Source: Rhina ancylostomus (Eukaryota). From it: 64,000 nt of DNA. This document shows positions 37,161-50,545 of the stretch, in pieces. The notes beneath the pieces are model-generated. The model saw only the letters and a list, made by a program, of their open reading frames with translations. It was not told the origin of the DNA and searched no databases. Location: contig JARFYF010000053.1 of the NCBI GenBank assembly GCA_030265395.1, positions 19,149,152 through 19,213,151 on the forward strand, read 5' to 3'. Each line of letters starts with the position of its first letter. Position 1 is the stretch's first letter. The position numbers were made by a program, and so were the translations under genes.

Positions 37161-39349
37161 AAATTCATTTGTTGCTGCTTTTAGTAATAACCTACATAAT
37201 CAGTAGAGAAATCATCTTATTAAAATTGAAAGATGATATATATAAAATGATGTGTTACCATACTGAAGTACCATTTTGTTAAGCCCCAGACTGGGAGGAA
37301 TAGGCATATAAGTCCATTCAGCCAAACACTGAAAACAAAAACAGATTTCCTTTGCTAAAGTGATCTACTTCTATGGCATGCCATCTTGGCATTATCCATA
37401 GTGAAAGGATTAACAAATCCCTCCACTCACAGAAGGTCAGAGGTCATGCACATAAAATGTCCTTTCATCAAATGTTTCCTCAACTCTCTCTGAATATAGA
37501 AGTGCTTGCTTCAGCACTTTCTTAGAAAAGCACTGCTTAAATTAGCCTGGGGCAGCAAAACCTGGCTGAATGATCACCTGATGAAAGCAAAATGTTTTCT
37601 GGAAAATACTCTCTCTTCTACCCCTGATCTTTGTAAAGTTACTGCAGGTTTTTCCTCACCAATTATTTAACCTCTATGATAAACTTCGTATAAAGTTATT
37701 CTTCGCAGTGCATTGTGTGGCATCCAATTTCACTTGCAGGATAAAGCATTTGAAGCTGGAAATTTTTTAATAACTTAACCACATCATTGCTGGTATTAAA
37801 CCCATTCACTAGCCCTTCAAAATGCTGATTGTTTCTTTAACAAAGAGCATAGGACATATTAAGGTTATTGAGAAAGTGGAAAAGAGCATCAGGGATGAGG
37901 TTACTGAGGTGGTGGGAATAATGGCATTTGTGCACCAACATGATTAATACCATCAGTATTTGGTTATGTACTGTAAAATAAAGCATGTGAGTGGCCCCTA
38001 GAAGTGGTCTGAGTTGTAAATCTTCCCCTTCCTGAATAAGAGCTATGCACCGGAAAAGACCTTTACAGAAGGTCTTGTCAGAGGGTTATTGCAAAAGTAA
38101 AGTTATTATGTACATGCAAGTTGTTCTGAATAATTGTCCTGATGGCAGTGTTAAATTATTTAACTACAGGAAAGCTAAAGGAGGAATGGGGTGTGGAATT
38201 GCCCAGGGGAATGGCGATTTTGCAGAATTCCATCCTGGATGGTAGATCAGAGATGGTAGAACCTGGTCTTCAGCCACACCCACCTCATTTATGCTAAAAC
38301 TAAGATTAATCCATGGAGCTGGCTCAGCTAAAACCATTGCTCCTGGAACAAAGCAGTTAACAACCATTGTAAATTTTGTTTGCCTGTAAGAAAATCATAA
38401 CAATTTAAAAATGAGTGGGTAATCCATTTGATGTTGATAACTTGGTAAGCCAGAGAAGCTTCCTCTGAGTAATATGACCTTGTATGTTTACTTGAGGGAA
38501 TAGGCACATCCATGACTGCAAAAAAAAGCAAATCCAAGAAATTTGAAATACGCACTGCACTTAAGTGTCAGTATCTTGATTACTGGTATGTGTTGATGTC
38601 TTTGGGAGCTCTATTTCACCCCTCAGGCCATCACACTAAAGGAAATTGCCATGAGTATCCACTATAGTGAGGACTTAACATGTAGGTCAGTTGCAAGTAC
38701 AGACAGCTGATTGGCAGGTATTTGAGACCATGATAATTGCTATTCACAACCATACAATTTGTTTTACTGTAAAACACTGAAAATTAATAAAATGGTATTT
38801 GGATTAACTGAAATAAGTGGCTACGTCTTCAATGGCTCAGCATCCTGTATGCTGCAGATTTCATAGAGACAGATACTTAACCTTCACCAGTGCAAATATT
38901 CTTCCACACAATATTATGGAAGTCACTGATGCCCCCTCCTCAAGGAAAGGGACTTTATCTACTTTTCTAAAAGCAAGGACAATAAGTCTGTGTGGATGCA
39001 CTGACTTGAAAAGATTGCAAGCACCTTTAGGTTTCAGGTGACTGCAATAATGTGACACTTTCGGCTCTCGTTCAAATTAGTTCTTCATGAATCATAAGGA
39101 GTAATGCTCCCTGAATGTACATGTTATGGTTGACTATCAGAACAAATTTCTCACTGTCTATGCCATGTATGAGGAGTTTGCATAAATTTTCTTCTTTAAC
39201 AGATTATGTGACCTTCTATATTTTAACTGCTCCACTGCTATACGTTCCTTTCTGAAACAAAAACACAAAAGGAAAAGTGACACAATCACAGGTAACAAAA
39301 AAGTTCAAATTAACTAAAACAATTCAACAATTAGCAAGTCAGAGATTGA

Positions 39350-40135
39350 CAGCGGTTTCAAATTCAGCAAGAAGACCAAGTGATTAAGGCAGCAATAAAA
39401 GAGATTGAGAGTACACATAAAAAACATAAGAGTAGATAATAAAACCTTCTACAAATATATAGAAAGTAAAGGACTTATAAAAACAAGTGTAGGTCCCTTA
39501 CAGTCAGAATGGGAGAATTTGTAATGGGCAACAAAAAAATGGCAGAGCAATCAATAAATTCTTTGGTTCTGTCTTAATGACAGATCACAGCTAACTTCCC
39601 AGAAACATTGGGAAACCAAGAGTTGAATGAAAGGCGAGAATTAAACAAAATTAGTATTAATTAAAAAAACTGGTGCTGGAGAAATTAACAGGCTTGAAAG
39701 TCACTAAATCCCCAAGGCCTGATAATCTGCATCCTGGAATACTAAAAGAGATAGTTGTGCAAATAATGGAGTCATTAGTTGTCATCTTTCAAAAGTCTAA
39801 AGAATATAGAACTGATCCTGCAGATTGGAGGGAGGTAAATTTAATTCCCCTTTTCAAAATGTGGGAAAGAAAGCAAGGAACAGACCAATTAGCCTAACAT
39901 CAGGGCAGGAAAAATGCTAGTCTATTACAGAGGATGTGATAATAGGAATAGTAGAAAATGTTAACAGGATTAGACAAAATCAAGATGGATTTATGAAAGG
40001 GAAATAGTTTTCAACAAACATACTGGAGTTTTTTTTGAGGGTGTAACTGATAGGATAGTGAAGGAGCATATAAATGTTTCAAGGTGATTTAAACAAATTG
40101 AATGACTGGGCAAATACATGACAGATGCAGTACAA
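39350..40135 (+). mobile_element. CR1 ORF2 internal fragment
   Basis: ORF 39673..39897 LEKLTGLKVTKSPRPDNLHPGILKE...VIFQKS...PADWREVNLIPLFK. Confidence 0.85.
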
Positions 40136-42319
40136 TGGTAGGACAAACACAGAGGCAGCACATTATTTCTCATGGCTTCATGATTGAAATAAAAAGTATT
40201 GATTCAGTCATTAGCAAACATTAATTATAGAGGAAACTTATTACATATACATTTAATAGTAACAAATCAGCCAAGGCTTTCTTTAAATCTAGCTGCAAGG
40301 GGCTCACTACAATTCAGTTCCTGTGCTGTGATTGCTGACAGCTTGGTGAAAGGCTGCACATTTTCGGCTGGAATTATTGCATATATCTAAAGTGAGTGGC
40401 TAATGTAAGCCCATGTTCTGAGGGCAGCTGATTGCAGCATCTTGGTACAAGTCTGAGCTTGGTGATTACAGGGCACAGCCAAGGGCATTGCCTGCGAATC
40501 AGTGGTGTGAATAGATGCTGGCATCCTGAAAGGACAGCATTTTCATATTCCACAGTCACAGTAGAATGGTCATGGCACCAAGTAGGTAATGGGCTGCTTA
40601 CCTGATCTCACTCAGCACTGCTGAGCACTGCTGTCAAAGACTCCAAATCCAACACCAGCAAGACCACAGTCCGTCTTTGATATTGCGTTCTCAGTTGTCA
40701 GTCGTCTACTTTGAGAAAATTGCAATCTTCTCATGGATGGCTACACTGTCCCTGGATGGCACATCTGTTCTTGCAGAACGGTAACCTGCTTCCAGATGTC
40801 AGCAAATGGAGTCCAGTGAGTGGACCAAGTTGCCCCTGAACCACAAAGATTCTCAATGGCCTCTGGTTACAGAAACAGAAACCTGCTCCACCAGTCATGG
40901 CAACAAGATGCGTCAAGAAGAGTGTACCACTTAAAAAATGTAAATGATAAGCTCCTAACCTTGCAGTAACTCCTGCGTGAGGTTGAAAATGGAAACCTCC
41001 AAGCTCTTTGACCTCTCATTTATCCTGTCACCTGTGCCAGAAAATGTGCCAAGCATTTGGGTATGCATTGGCATTATTCTTCCCATAAATGCTTCCCTTT
41101 TGTAATCTTCATCGGCGTCCTTCGGAGCACTGCTTAATGTGCAACCTTTCCCTTTGGGGAGCTGGCACATCAGATTCCTTAATTTCTTCCTGACTATTAG
41201 TACCAGGAGTCTTTTCATGGGAAACATCCCCCATTAACCTCACATAATCAGCACACATGGAGTCAATATTCATGTTGGTGCTTCACAGTATCAGGTACAG
41301 TGTTACAGGAGCCCTAATTCCTCCTCCTCCACTGTCTCTTTTCACCTCTTCAGCTAATTGGTGTTCCTGCACAGTGAAGTGGGTAGGGCATGTGTGGTGC
41401 ACTCTAGTCAGCAGCTGTTTCCTGACAACTTCCAATAATAAAGATACAAAGAACAATGTGGTAATGTAAATACATGGCACTATTTGTGGGTGCAGTTAGC
41501 ACACGCAGATTCTTGTGAATGGTCAAAGATCACAGGATGCTTTCATTCCAGGGAAATTCAGCACTGCTCAAGGACTACCTGTGTGGAAAACCACTAGCCT
41601 TCAGGCTGATTAATCTTTGGTTGTAGAAGGTTTCCACTCTTGATTGCTGGGCAAAACAGCCACTTCCTGCCACTTTAACCTGGAAGACAAAGAGGAAAAT
41701 CAATTAAAAAAAATACTGCAATTACATGCAATTATCTTAGCCATTCATTGCAGGTCATGGAATTTTTTTCCACTGTGACTCTCACTTCCAGGGTAAGTCA
41801 CCTTACAAAATGTTCTATGGCCACCACATTACCAGCTACTTTGGTTGTCTAAGATGCCTCCTGGTACAGAGGTTGTAAAGAGTGAAGGTGAGGTCATAGC
41901 GCATGAAGCAGGTGGAAGCAATCAGCTTCACCTCCAGAGCCATTTTTGTTGCCATTTTCAACAAGCTAGTAAAAGCACACAGCATTTGTAACAAGATTGT
42001 GGTTTAGTAGACAGTATCCTTTAAGTGCTGAAGCCATGATATGATTTGCATTAAATTGATACAGTGGTTGTTGAGTACTGCACACATTCCCAGTTAAGCA
42101 CAGCAAATGCACCACACATTTTACAAGTATTGTGATCCAAAACGGCATCCATGCTGCTCACCCACAAATTGATTTCAAAAAAACAGATGGGATGTTTCCT
42201 TTATCAGTCAAGGCATTGAATTTGAGATTTGAATAGAAAGTGCTGGAAATGCTTTGCAGGTCAGGAAGCCACCGTGGACAGCAAAACAGAGTTAATGTCA
42301 ATGAACTTTCTTCAGATTA

Positions 42320-42860
42320 TGAAAGTAGGAAGGTCATGCTAGAACTGTATAAAAAAAACCAGTAGGGCTGCAGCTTGCATACTGTGTACTATTCCAGTCA
42401 TCGTTTTTACATAAAGATGAGAGAGAGTATAAGGAGATTTATGAAGAGGTTACCGGGATTGAAAAAATGTAGACCTGAGGGAAGACTGGATAGGTAGGTT
42501 TGTTTTCTTCAGTACAGAGGAGGCGACAGGAAGGCTTGAGATGTATAAAATTGAGGGGCTTAGGTAGGTTATATAGGAAGGTCCATTTACCCCAGCAGAA
42601 GATCTAAAACCCGAGAACATAGATTTAAGATAATTGGTAGAGAGATGAGGAAAACTTTTCTTTCATCCAGATGGTGGTATTGGTCTGAAACTCACTGCTT
42701 GTAAGGATGGTAGAGGCAGAAACCATCATCAGATTTAAACAGTTCTTGGATGTTTACTTGGAGTGCCATAGCCTGTATGGTTACAGAACTTGAGCTGGAA
42801 TGTGGGATTAGACTGGGTAGCTTTTCCTCAACTAGTATAATGGGCTGAATAGCCCCTTGT
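42320..42860 (+). mobile_element. CR1 LINE 3' fragment (degraded)
   Basis: aggaaggtcatgctagaactgtataa...aacatagatttaagataattgg...gggctgaatagccccttgtgt. Confidence 0.75.
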
Positions 42861-44059
42861 GTTATAAATGCTCTTATCATTTAACAAATAGGTGCAGGTT
42901 AACTATAAAACATGGGGAGGTGCTCTGATTTTGGAGCAATTTCACTTCTTGGCAGCAGCTCCTGTACCAAGTCTGCAGCACATTTTCCAGCACACGCAAG
43001 TGAATACACAAAAATCACTAATTTAATAGCACTTCCCTGTAAAATCTGGGCCTACATTTTGGAGCAACCATGCAAAAGCCGATTTGCTTTGCCAATATCA
43101 GCGACAGCCAAAGCAATTACCACTCATCCTGAAGGACACAGGCAGCCCTAAGCTACTTATCTGCATAACAAAACTTTTCCTTGAACACCTTTTATGAAGT
43201 AATGGTCGTCAATAGGGAGAAACTCTGAGAAGTCACCAGCATTTATATTTCATCAATATGTAAATTTTGTTAAATCAAAACAAATGTGATCTATGCCAGA
43301 TACTACCCATCCTTAAAAGACTTCCCAAACTGTGTGCAGGTTTCAATTTAAAGCTTCCACCATGTAATGACAGAAGGGAGTTGGGTCACATTGACTATCA
43401 TATTTCTGGTCATTTATTGTATCTAATGGAGGTACTAAGCTAATTTGTTTTAGACTACATAATAAGTGTATGCCTGACCATGACAATAGGGAAAAATAGC
43501 GAACATAAGGTAATTATGTAAAATGCTCAAGGCTTTGAAAACTGAATTAATCTCAGTGAATTGCTTCTACATTGTTTTAGTACTTTTGTAATATTCTGCC
43601 ATATTCAAGTAGTAAATGAAATACTATGCATGGCATTTTGCTATGACATTTTCTGTGTTTGATATAAAACAATTTTACATAATTGGGTACACTCACCCAT
43701 TTCTCTGTTGCTTGGTTGAAGTAACGTCCCAATTGGCAACAATAAAGATGAATTTCAAATACTTATTGTTTACTGCTTGGTGTAAGCCCTTGTCTTGCCA
43801 TTATAACTGAAAACAGTTTAATTAGTCTATGAAAACTAAAGTAGGTTGAAGAGCACTGGTGCTTCAGCTTTGATATCAAATGTAATTTACAATTAGCAAG
43901 ATAAAATAGATTAGGGTACGTTTAGTGTAAAAATGAGTGGTTGATGGTTGGTGCACACTTGGCAGGCAAATAGGATTGGTGTAGATGGGCAAAAGGGTCA
44001 AAGGATGATAAGTTTTCAGCCAGGTTTGCTGAGATGAACAGAAGGGCAATGAAATGACA

Positions 44060-44405
44060 CCACCTGCCCTGACAGCCTCCTACATGCAGCACCAGGCTCA
44101 AGGACAACTTCTATCCTGCTGTCATAAGACTCTTGAATGGACCTCTTGTATGTTGAAGATGAACTCTTGACCTCACAATCTACTACGTCATGGCCCTTGC
44201 ATCTTATTGTCTACCTGCAGTGCACTTTCTCTGTAACTGTAACACTATATTCTGCATTCTGTTAACTGCATTTCTCTTGTACTACCTCAAAGTACTTAAG
44301 TTTTTAAAAATGATCTGTATGGATGGCTTATAAAAATCTATCATAATAGTTTTTATAATAGTTTTTCACTGTATCTCAGTACATGCAGCAATAATAAACC
44401 AATAC
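44060..44405 (+). mobile_element. Rex1/Babar LINE 3' end
   Basis: accaggctcaaggacaacttctatcctgctgtcataagactcttgaatgg (RLKDNFYPAVIRLLNG) followed by 3' UTR ending aataataaaccaatac. Confidence 0.85.
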
Positions 44406-45589
44406 TAATGCTGACTGACCTTTAGTTGGGTGCACTGAACTATTGATACCTATCTGTTTCAGAATATGAAGAAGGAATAAAGCATGCAGCTCTTTAAGCC
44501 TCCATCATTCAATAAGGACTGTGCAAAGTTTAAAGAAAAATACATTTTAAAAAATAGTATGCATGGGGAGAATAGAAACAAAAGCTTGAATAACATCCTC
44601 CAATCAAGACATTACATCCTCCCGGACTCACTGAGTTCAACAATTTTAGATGAAGAGTATTTCTAGTGTTTTCTGTTTTTATTTTAGATTTCTGGCATCC
44701 ATGTTATTTTCTTATGGCAATTTTAGATAATGGTTCTGTTTCTCCCATTTACATCTGCTCCAAGATGATCTTTTTGATACATTTCTTGCCCTCTTTCCAA
44801 CTTCTTTTACCTTACCTTACCTTATTTTCCTTTTATTTTCATTTCATCTCTTCTGCTTTCCTTTTTGTTCTCTCCTCCTCTCCCTGTTTACCTCTAATTT
44901 TCCTCAGTTCTGATGGAAGTTCATCATCCTGAGTATTTCAAGCACATTTTTGTTTCAGATTTCCAGAATTAGCATCATTTGCTTTTGTACTGCAGCATAT
45001 CTTAATACCGAGTTATATTCTTCAAAGAGCATGAAATGAAACCATACATAACAGAAAAAAAACAAAAACATAACATATACAAAAAAAAATAAATTTTTTT
45101 ATCTGCAGATTGCAGCTGAACTTTTTTGATTAAATTAAATTCTTTTATCTCTGTTTAATGTCCACTTATTTTTCTCCTTGCCATTAATGATTGTTTCATT
45201 TACAGGTGGGGTTCTTGCAGTGATTCCTCACAAAGATGTAATTGACTAATTTATGAACTATTTCAAGATAAACATATTTAAAAGTACATTCATTCATTAA
45301 CCGGAGTTGAATTTTTCCGGCCACAACTTTGATGAGAACAAAGTGGTCAAATAGTTAAAATTGAAATCAATAGGAATTTTTCTGGGTAGATTGTGAATCC
45401 TCTACCTTTGAGGACTGTGGATGTTCAGCAGTCACTAGGTATCTTCAAAATTGAGTCTAATAGATTTTTGAAATACTGGACATCATGGGAAGGTGGAGTT
45501 TGGGAAGAAGATCAGTCATTGACTAGAAACTCAACTGGACCATATACAGTGGTGACAGTGGAAGGTCAGAAGCTGGGTATCTTATGGTG

Positions 45590-46050
45590 AATGACTCATC
45601 TTCTGCTAGCCCAAAATCATTCCACCATCCATAAGACACAAGTCAGGATCTTGATAGAACACTCTCCATGTGCCTGGATGGGTCTAGCTCCAACAATGCT
45701 TAAACAGCTTGACACCATTCAGGTCTAAGTAGTCTGCTTGCTTGGTATACCATCTAACATCCTGAACATTCCATCAACCCCAGTGCCTTGCATCTGCAGA
45801 AGGTGACCTGCAGTTAGTTACCTAGGTTAATCTGACTGTACCTTCCAAACCATAATCTCTCCTACCAAGAAGTACAAGGGTAACATGTGCAAGAGAATAC
45901 TAGCAGCTGGAGCTTCTCCTCCAAGTCACACACCATTTCACTCGTAGACCTCCTTACTCAACAGTGTTGTGTAAGTACCTTACCAGAAAAGGACTACAGC
46001 AGTTCTCCAAGGCTATTAGGGCTAGGCAATGAATGCTTGCCTTGACACAT
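45590..46050 (+). mobile_element. CR1-group LINE 3' fragment (second family)
   Basis: Reads STIHKTQVRILIEHSPCAWMGLAPTMLKQLDTIQ, resembling YKAQVRSVMEYSPLAWM...LDTIQ. Confidence 0.7.
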
Positions 46051-46889
46051 ACAGACTGAAAGGTAAATAATGAGCTTGTTGAGTAGTAGAACAAGGCTCA
46101 AAGGGTTGTATGTCCTTCTCTTGCATCTTCTGCTATGATCATGCTCCATGGCAAATCACAGAATCAGAATAAGAAAACATTGAGGTATGTTGTTTGAATT
46201 AATAATCCTGTAAATATGAAGAACTATAGTTATAGAATCACACAACATGGAAATAGCCCTTTGCCCCATGATATCCAAGCTGATCATCAAGTACCGATCT
46301 TAAGTGATCCCATTTATCAGCACTTGGGCCAGAGCCTTCTATGTGGTGGGTGATTTGAGTGCTTGTCCAGATATTTCCTAAATGTTATGGGAGTACCTGT
46401 CTTACTCAAATCATTCATTGCAGATATACCTCGTCCTTGTGCACCTTCCTCATCTAATATTCTTAAAATAGGCACCCATGCATAGACTTTCCTATATTCC
46501 CTGGAAAAAAAACAATAAAGAGAATCAACATCCAACTTCAATTTAAACAGATGTGAAAGTTTGGATTATTTTTAAATCAACTTGCATTGTAAATGAACTT
46601 GGCTAAATAGATGGCCGTGAACAACCTGGTTGAAGAAGCATACTCCCTCCTCAGCACCAGTGGAAGACCTGAACCTGTACCTCCACCTCCCAATGCACAG
46701 AAGCTGCTTCCCCTGCTGAGGACTCCCAGCAGGTTCTGTTTTTATTTCAGGATTCCAGTGTCTGCATATTTCTTGCTTTTGAACCTACTGTCACTGTGCA
46801 GATTAGGAAGAAGATAAATTAAACAGTGATCTGCCCACACTGATGGGAGAAGGTAACCCAGTCTCTCCATCTGGTGTTTGAACGTTGCT

Positions 46890-47194
46890 GTGACCCAACT
46901 GCCGGCGACACCTGCCCCAGTCCACATGTCAATCAACCCATGCCATCGCCAAGGAGATGGCGCACCTGGAAATATCGCGCACTCTTATTGGACGGCGGGG
47001 TGCAGGGGTGGTCCACCCCGGCCAATGAGAGAGGAGCTTTGGCAGCGCTCGCCAACATGGCCGCTCGTCGGGCAGTTTGTGGGGATTGGTTTCGGATTTT
47101 CACCTTTCTCTGATGCGGCGGTCGGATCTACTGCTTCGTGTGTGCAGTCGCCGTTGGAATCGTTTTAAAGCGGCGAGCGTGAGAGGAGGGTGTC
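46890..47194 (+). promoter_or_regulatory. CpG-island promoter / 5' UTR of TBC1D22B
   Basis: Only clearly CpG-dense stretch in the window; ATTGG 46987-46991 and CCAAT 47022-47026 (NF-Y type), GC-box-like ggcgggg, YY1-like AGATGGCG 46955-46962 and AACATGGCC 47054-47062; lies directly upstream of exon 1. Confidence 0.85.
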
Positions 47195-47250
47195 ATGGCG
47201 AATGAGAACAGGAGGCAGTTCTGGAAGCGGAACAGCAAGGTTCCCGGAAG
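47195..47250 (+). CDS. TBC1D22B: TBC1 domain family member 22B (Rab-GAP), coding exon 1
   Basis: MANENRRQFWKRNSKVPG(S), versus recalled human TBC1D22B MAAENSKQFWKRSAKLPGS; strong Kozak gtcATGg; phase-2 donor AG|gttcgt at 47251. Confidence 0.93.
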
Positions 47251-48329
47251 GTTCGTGCTCTCTCTCACTGACTCCGGGACGGCTGATGCTTCTCGCAATC
47301 ATTTCCTGCACTCTCTTCCCCCCCCACCCACCCCACTGCTCCCTTTGCTTCAATCTTTGCTCTTGAGATTGCAAACTTGTCAATCCCCTTTTAACGATCT
47401 GTTTCCATCCGGAGCATAGAGGGGAAAAATGTTTGTCAGGTTTTAGTCCCCGTGGCATCCTGCAGTTCTTTTCATCGCCCTTTTCTACTGATGCATTTTT
47501 AATGCCATTCAAAGTAACTTCTGTGCAGGGTGGAGGCTATGGAAATCTTAGCACAGGCGTCCTTGACAGAAGGCATCGCGTTAGTTTGTATTTTGAGTTT
47601 CATGGAAACCTACTCGTGTTTACAATGTTGTGCAACTTTTGATATGGGTAGTCCTACAGAAAGATACAAAATGACTTCTGTATTGAGATCTCTTGCCTGA
47701 AAAAGAACATATCGCCAGTTAGTCATTTGCATAAACACTGCTTGTCAATTACCATTCCCTTTCAAATTCCCCTGTTATCCACTGTAACAGTATCTATAGA
47801 TTCTGCATCAGAATGGTATAACACAAGATATATACATATTGTAAACATTCGCTGGCGATCATATCGACATTTAGTCGTTCTGTTAATTCAATTTGTGTTC
47901 TCTTACTAGCTTTGAGAAAGTCATTTTGTTGATTTTCAGGATATTCTTAATTTTGTTATGTCAATGTTGTTTTTCTAAGCAAAAATGGCAAAATGCCTGT
48001 TTCATGAGAATGTGCGAAATCATACTGTCTGTATCTTGTTCAGTTGACTGTGTCTGTTCAATTCCATTAAATTTGTTTACATTGGATGATTATATTATAT
48101 TCTACATGTTCTTTTACATCTTTTTCTCATTCACATTTNNNNNNNNNNNNNNNNNNNNNNNNNNNNNNNNNNNNNNNNNNNNNNNNNNNNNNNNNNNNNN
48201 NNNNNNNNNNNNNNNNNNNNNNNNNNNNNNNNNNNNNNTTTACATCTTTTTCTCATTCACCTTTATGTGTGGGTTTAAGTTCTCGCTAAACTTCTGTTAA
48301 ACATATTTATTTCCAATGATTTTTTTAAT

Positions 48330-48540
48330 TTCTTGAGATATGGTTATCACAGCCAAAGCCAATATTTATTGCCTACTCCTAATTAATCTTGAGAAGGCAG
48401 AGTAAGCCACTTTCTTGAAGTGCTATAGTCCTTCTGATGAAGGTTGCCTCCACATTGCTGTTGAGTAGTGTTCAAGGATTTTGACAGTGTGTGACTTGGA
48501 AGGGAGCCTGCAGGTGGTGGTGTTCCCATATGCTTGCAGT
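48330..48540 (-). mobile_element. 3' end of the second CR1-group LINE family (intron 1)
   Basis: aatatttattgcctactcctaattaatcttgagaagg...ttcttgaagtgctatagtccttctgatgaagg is reverse-similar to 11085-11235. Confidence 0.6.
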
Positions 48541-48999
48541 AGATGTATAGTTTAATATGCAAGGATTAATGGCAATGCAATTTATGGGATTTTAAAATAT
48601 ATTTGTTAAAATATATTAATGACATACATGCACTTAAAATATGTATGGTATAATTTATAGCAATTCATGGACTCAGTAATCTTTTCTCTTGACTTTCATG
48701 ATATGCTGCCAACTTCACAGAACAAATTCACATGTAAAGAAAAGAAATAGTCTACTTAACTAGTATTTTCATTCTGACTATTTTTGCTGTTTGTGTTACC
48801 TCTAGGTTATTTCCCATAAATGTTCTGTAAGGCATCTGGTTATTGAGTGTTATATTTTAGTTGCAGGTCCCAGACACACCAGCTCTTTCCAACATTTTTG
48901 AAGTTCCAGCTGCAAACATCACAAATGGAACTTCCAGATTTGGGAGTGAGCAGTGTTACTATTTGCTTGCATGCACAGGGATCTGAGCAAGGCTGTTAG

Positions 49000-49715
49000 T
49001 TGGTATTGGTTTCTTATTGTCGCTTGTACCGAGGTACAGTGAAAAACTTGTTTTGCATACTGATCATACAGGTCAATTCCTTACAGAGTGCAGTTACATT
49101 GAGTTAGTACAGAGTGCATTGCTGTTGTACAGGTAAAAACAATAACAATACAGAGTAAAGTGTCATAGCTACAGGGAAAGTGCAGTGCAATAAGGTGCAA
49201 GGTCACAACAAGGTAGATTATGAAATCATAGTCCATCTCATTGTATAAGGGAACCATTCAATAATCTTATCACAGTGGGGTAGAAGCTGTCCTTAAGTCT
49301 GGNNNNNNNNNNNNNNNNNNNNNNNNNNNNNNNNNNNNNNNNNNNNNNNNNNNNNNNNNNNNNNNNNNNNNNNNNNNNNNNNNNNNNNNNNNNNNNNNNN
49401 NNGAAGGCAGAGCTGTAGTCAATAAACAATAGTCTAACGTAGGTGTCTTTACTGTCCAGATGCTCCAGAGCTGAGTGTAAGGCCAGGGAAATGGCATCTG
49501 CTGTGGACCTGTTTCAGTGATAGGCAAATTGCAATGGGTCCAGGTTGTCTGGTAGGCTGGGGTTGATGCGTGCCATGACCAACCTCTCAAAGCACTTCAT
49601 GATGGGGGATGTCAGAGCCACTGGTCAGTAGTCATTGAGGCATGTTACCTTGCTTTTCTTCAGTACTGGGATGATAGTGGTCTTCTTAAAGCAGGTGGGA
49701 ACCTGAGATTGAAGC
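49000..49715 (-). mobile_element. Rex1/Babar LINE, middle lost in an N gap
   Basis: - strand DYRPVALT-like...MKCFERLV...DPLQFAY...[10 protein letters not shown] [gap] RLKDSFYPTVIRLLNG plus 3' UTR. Confidence 0.9.
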
Positions 49716-50239
49716 ATTAAATTATTACACATTACCTTATGAAATGTTTTAACAATCTCTGGATAAGCTTCCATTGAGTCCATTTTTGCAAGCTTGTATT
49801 TGGCAGTGTCTGGATATGTTTCATTCTAATCTATTCTACTCCGTTGAGATGCAAATAGTGTAGTTTAGATGAACCCATTATTATAAATTTTTAAAAAAAT
49901 TGTCACTTTTATTATTGTGGCAACTACACACAAGTGCTTGTTCTGTATGGCATGAACAGCGATTGTGTGGGCAAACATAGTGGATTTTGAGACACTTAAG
50001 AAATAAGTTGGCATTATGGGTGTGTGACATCTGTATGTTTCTTAATTAATAGGAAACATTTTCATAAATAAGGTAAGTTATTTTTCAGTCATTGAGAAAG
50101 TTCAGTAGCTTCCACATGAGACAGCACCAGGCTAGTTATGTTTTGATAAGACAGTTTGTTACTAGTATGACAAATGAAAAGTATGAAATATTCTGAGCTG
50201 TGTTGCACTTTGCTTCTGTTTCTATTCCTATTGATATAA

Positions 50240-50545
50240 GATTCCTATTGCCGCCTTCTTCCTCCTCATCTGCATTGACATTCAATGGATTATCCTCCAT
50301 AATTTCTGCCAACATCAATGGAAATTCATCACCAACATATCATTTCCTCCCATCTCATTCAGCATTCTGAAGGGTCCATTCCCTCCCGAGTTTGGCCATC
50401 CATATCCATCAACCACTTCCCTTTTGGCACTTTCCATTGAAATGGCAAGAGGAATGGCACCTGCTCTTTTACCTCTTCCTGCCACACAGAGATCCAGACA
50501 ATGCTTCAAGGAGAAGCAGCTATTCACTTCACTTTTTCCAGTTAA
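50240..50545 (+). mobile_element. Penelope ORF C-terminal fragment
   Basis: Reads IQWIILHNFCQHQWKFITNIS..P..SAF*RVHSL, resembling IQRIILRHFRHLQ..TTSHIFPSPPLSAFRRDRSL. Confidence 0.6.

Noticed and set aside
41480-41640. Possible second Harbinger remnant (QDAFI resembling HDAFIL)
   Set aside because: Match too short to support without a profile search.
1-46800. Expected syntenic neighbours PIM1 or TMEM217
   Set aside because: No kinase exons or multi-pass membrane ORF recognisable. Short exons could have been missed by eye.
47251-47419. Continuation of ORF 47195..47419 past the exon-1 donor
   Set aside because: Intron read-through; similarity to TBC1D22B stops at the GT at 47251 and resumes in exon 2.
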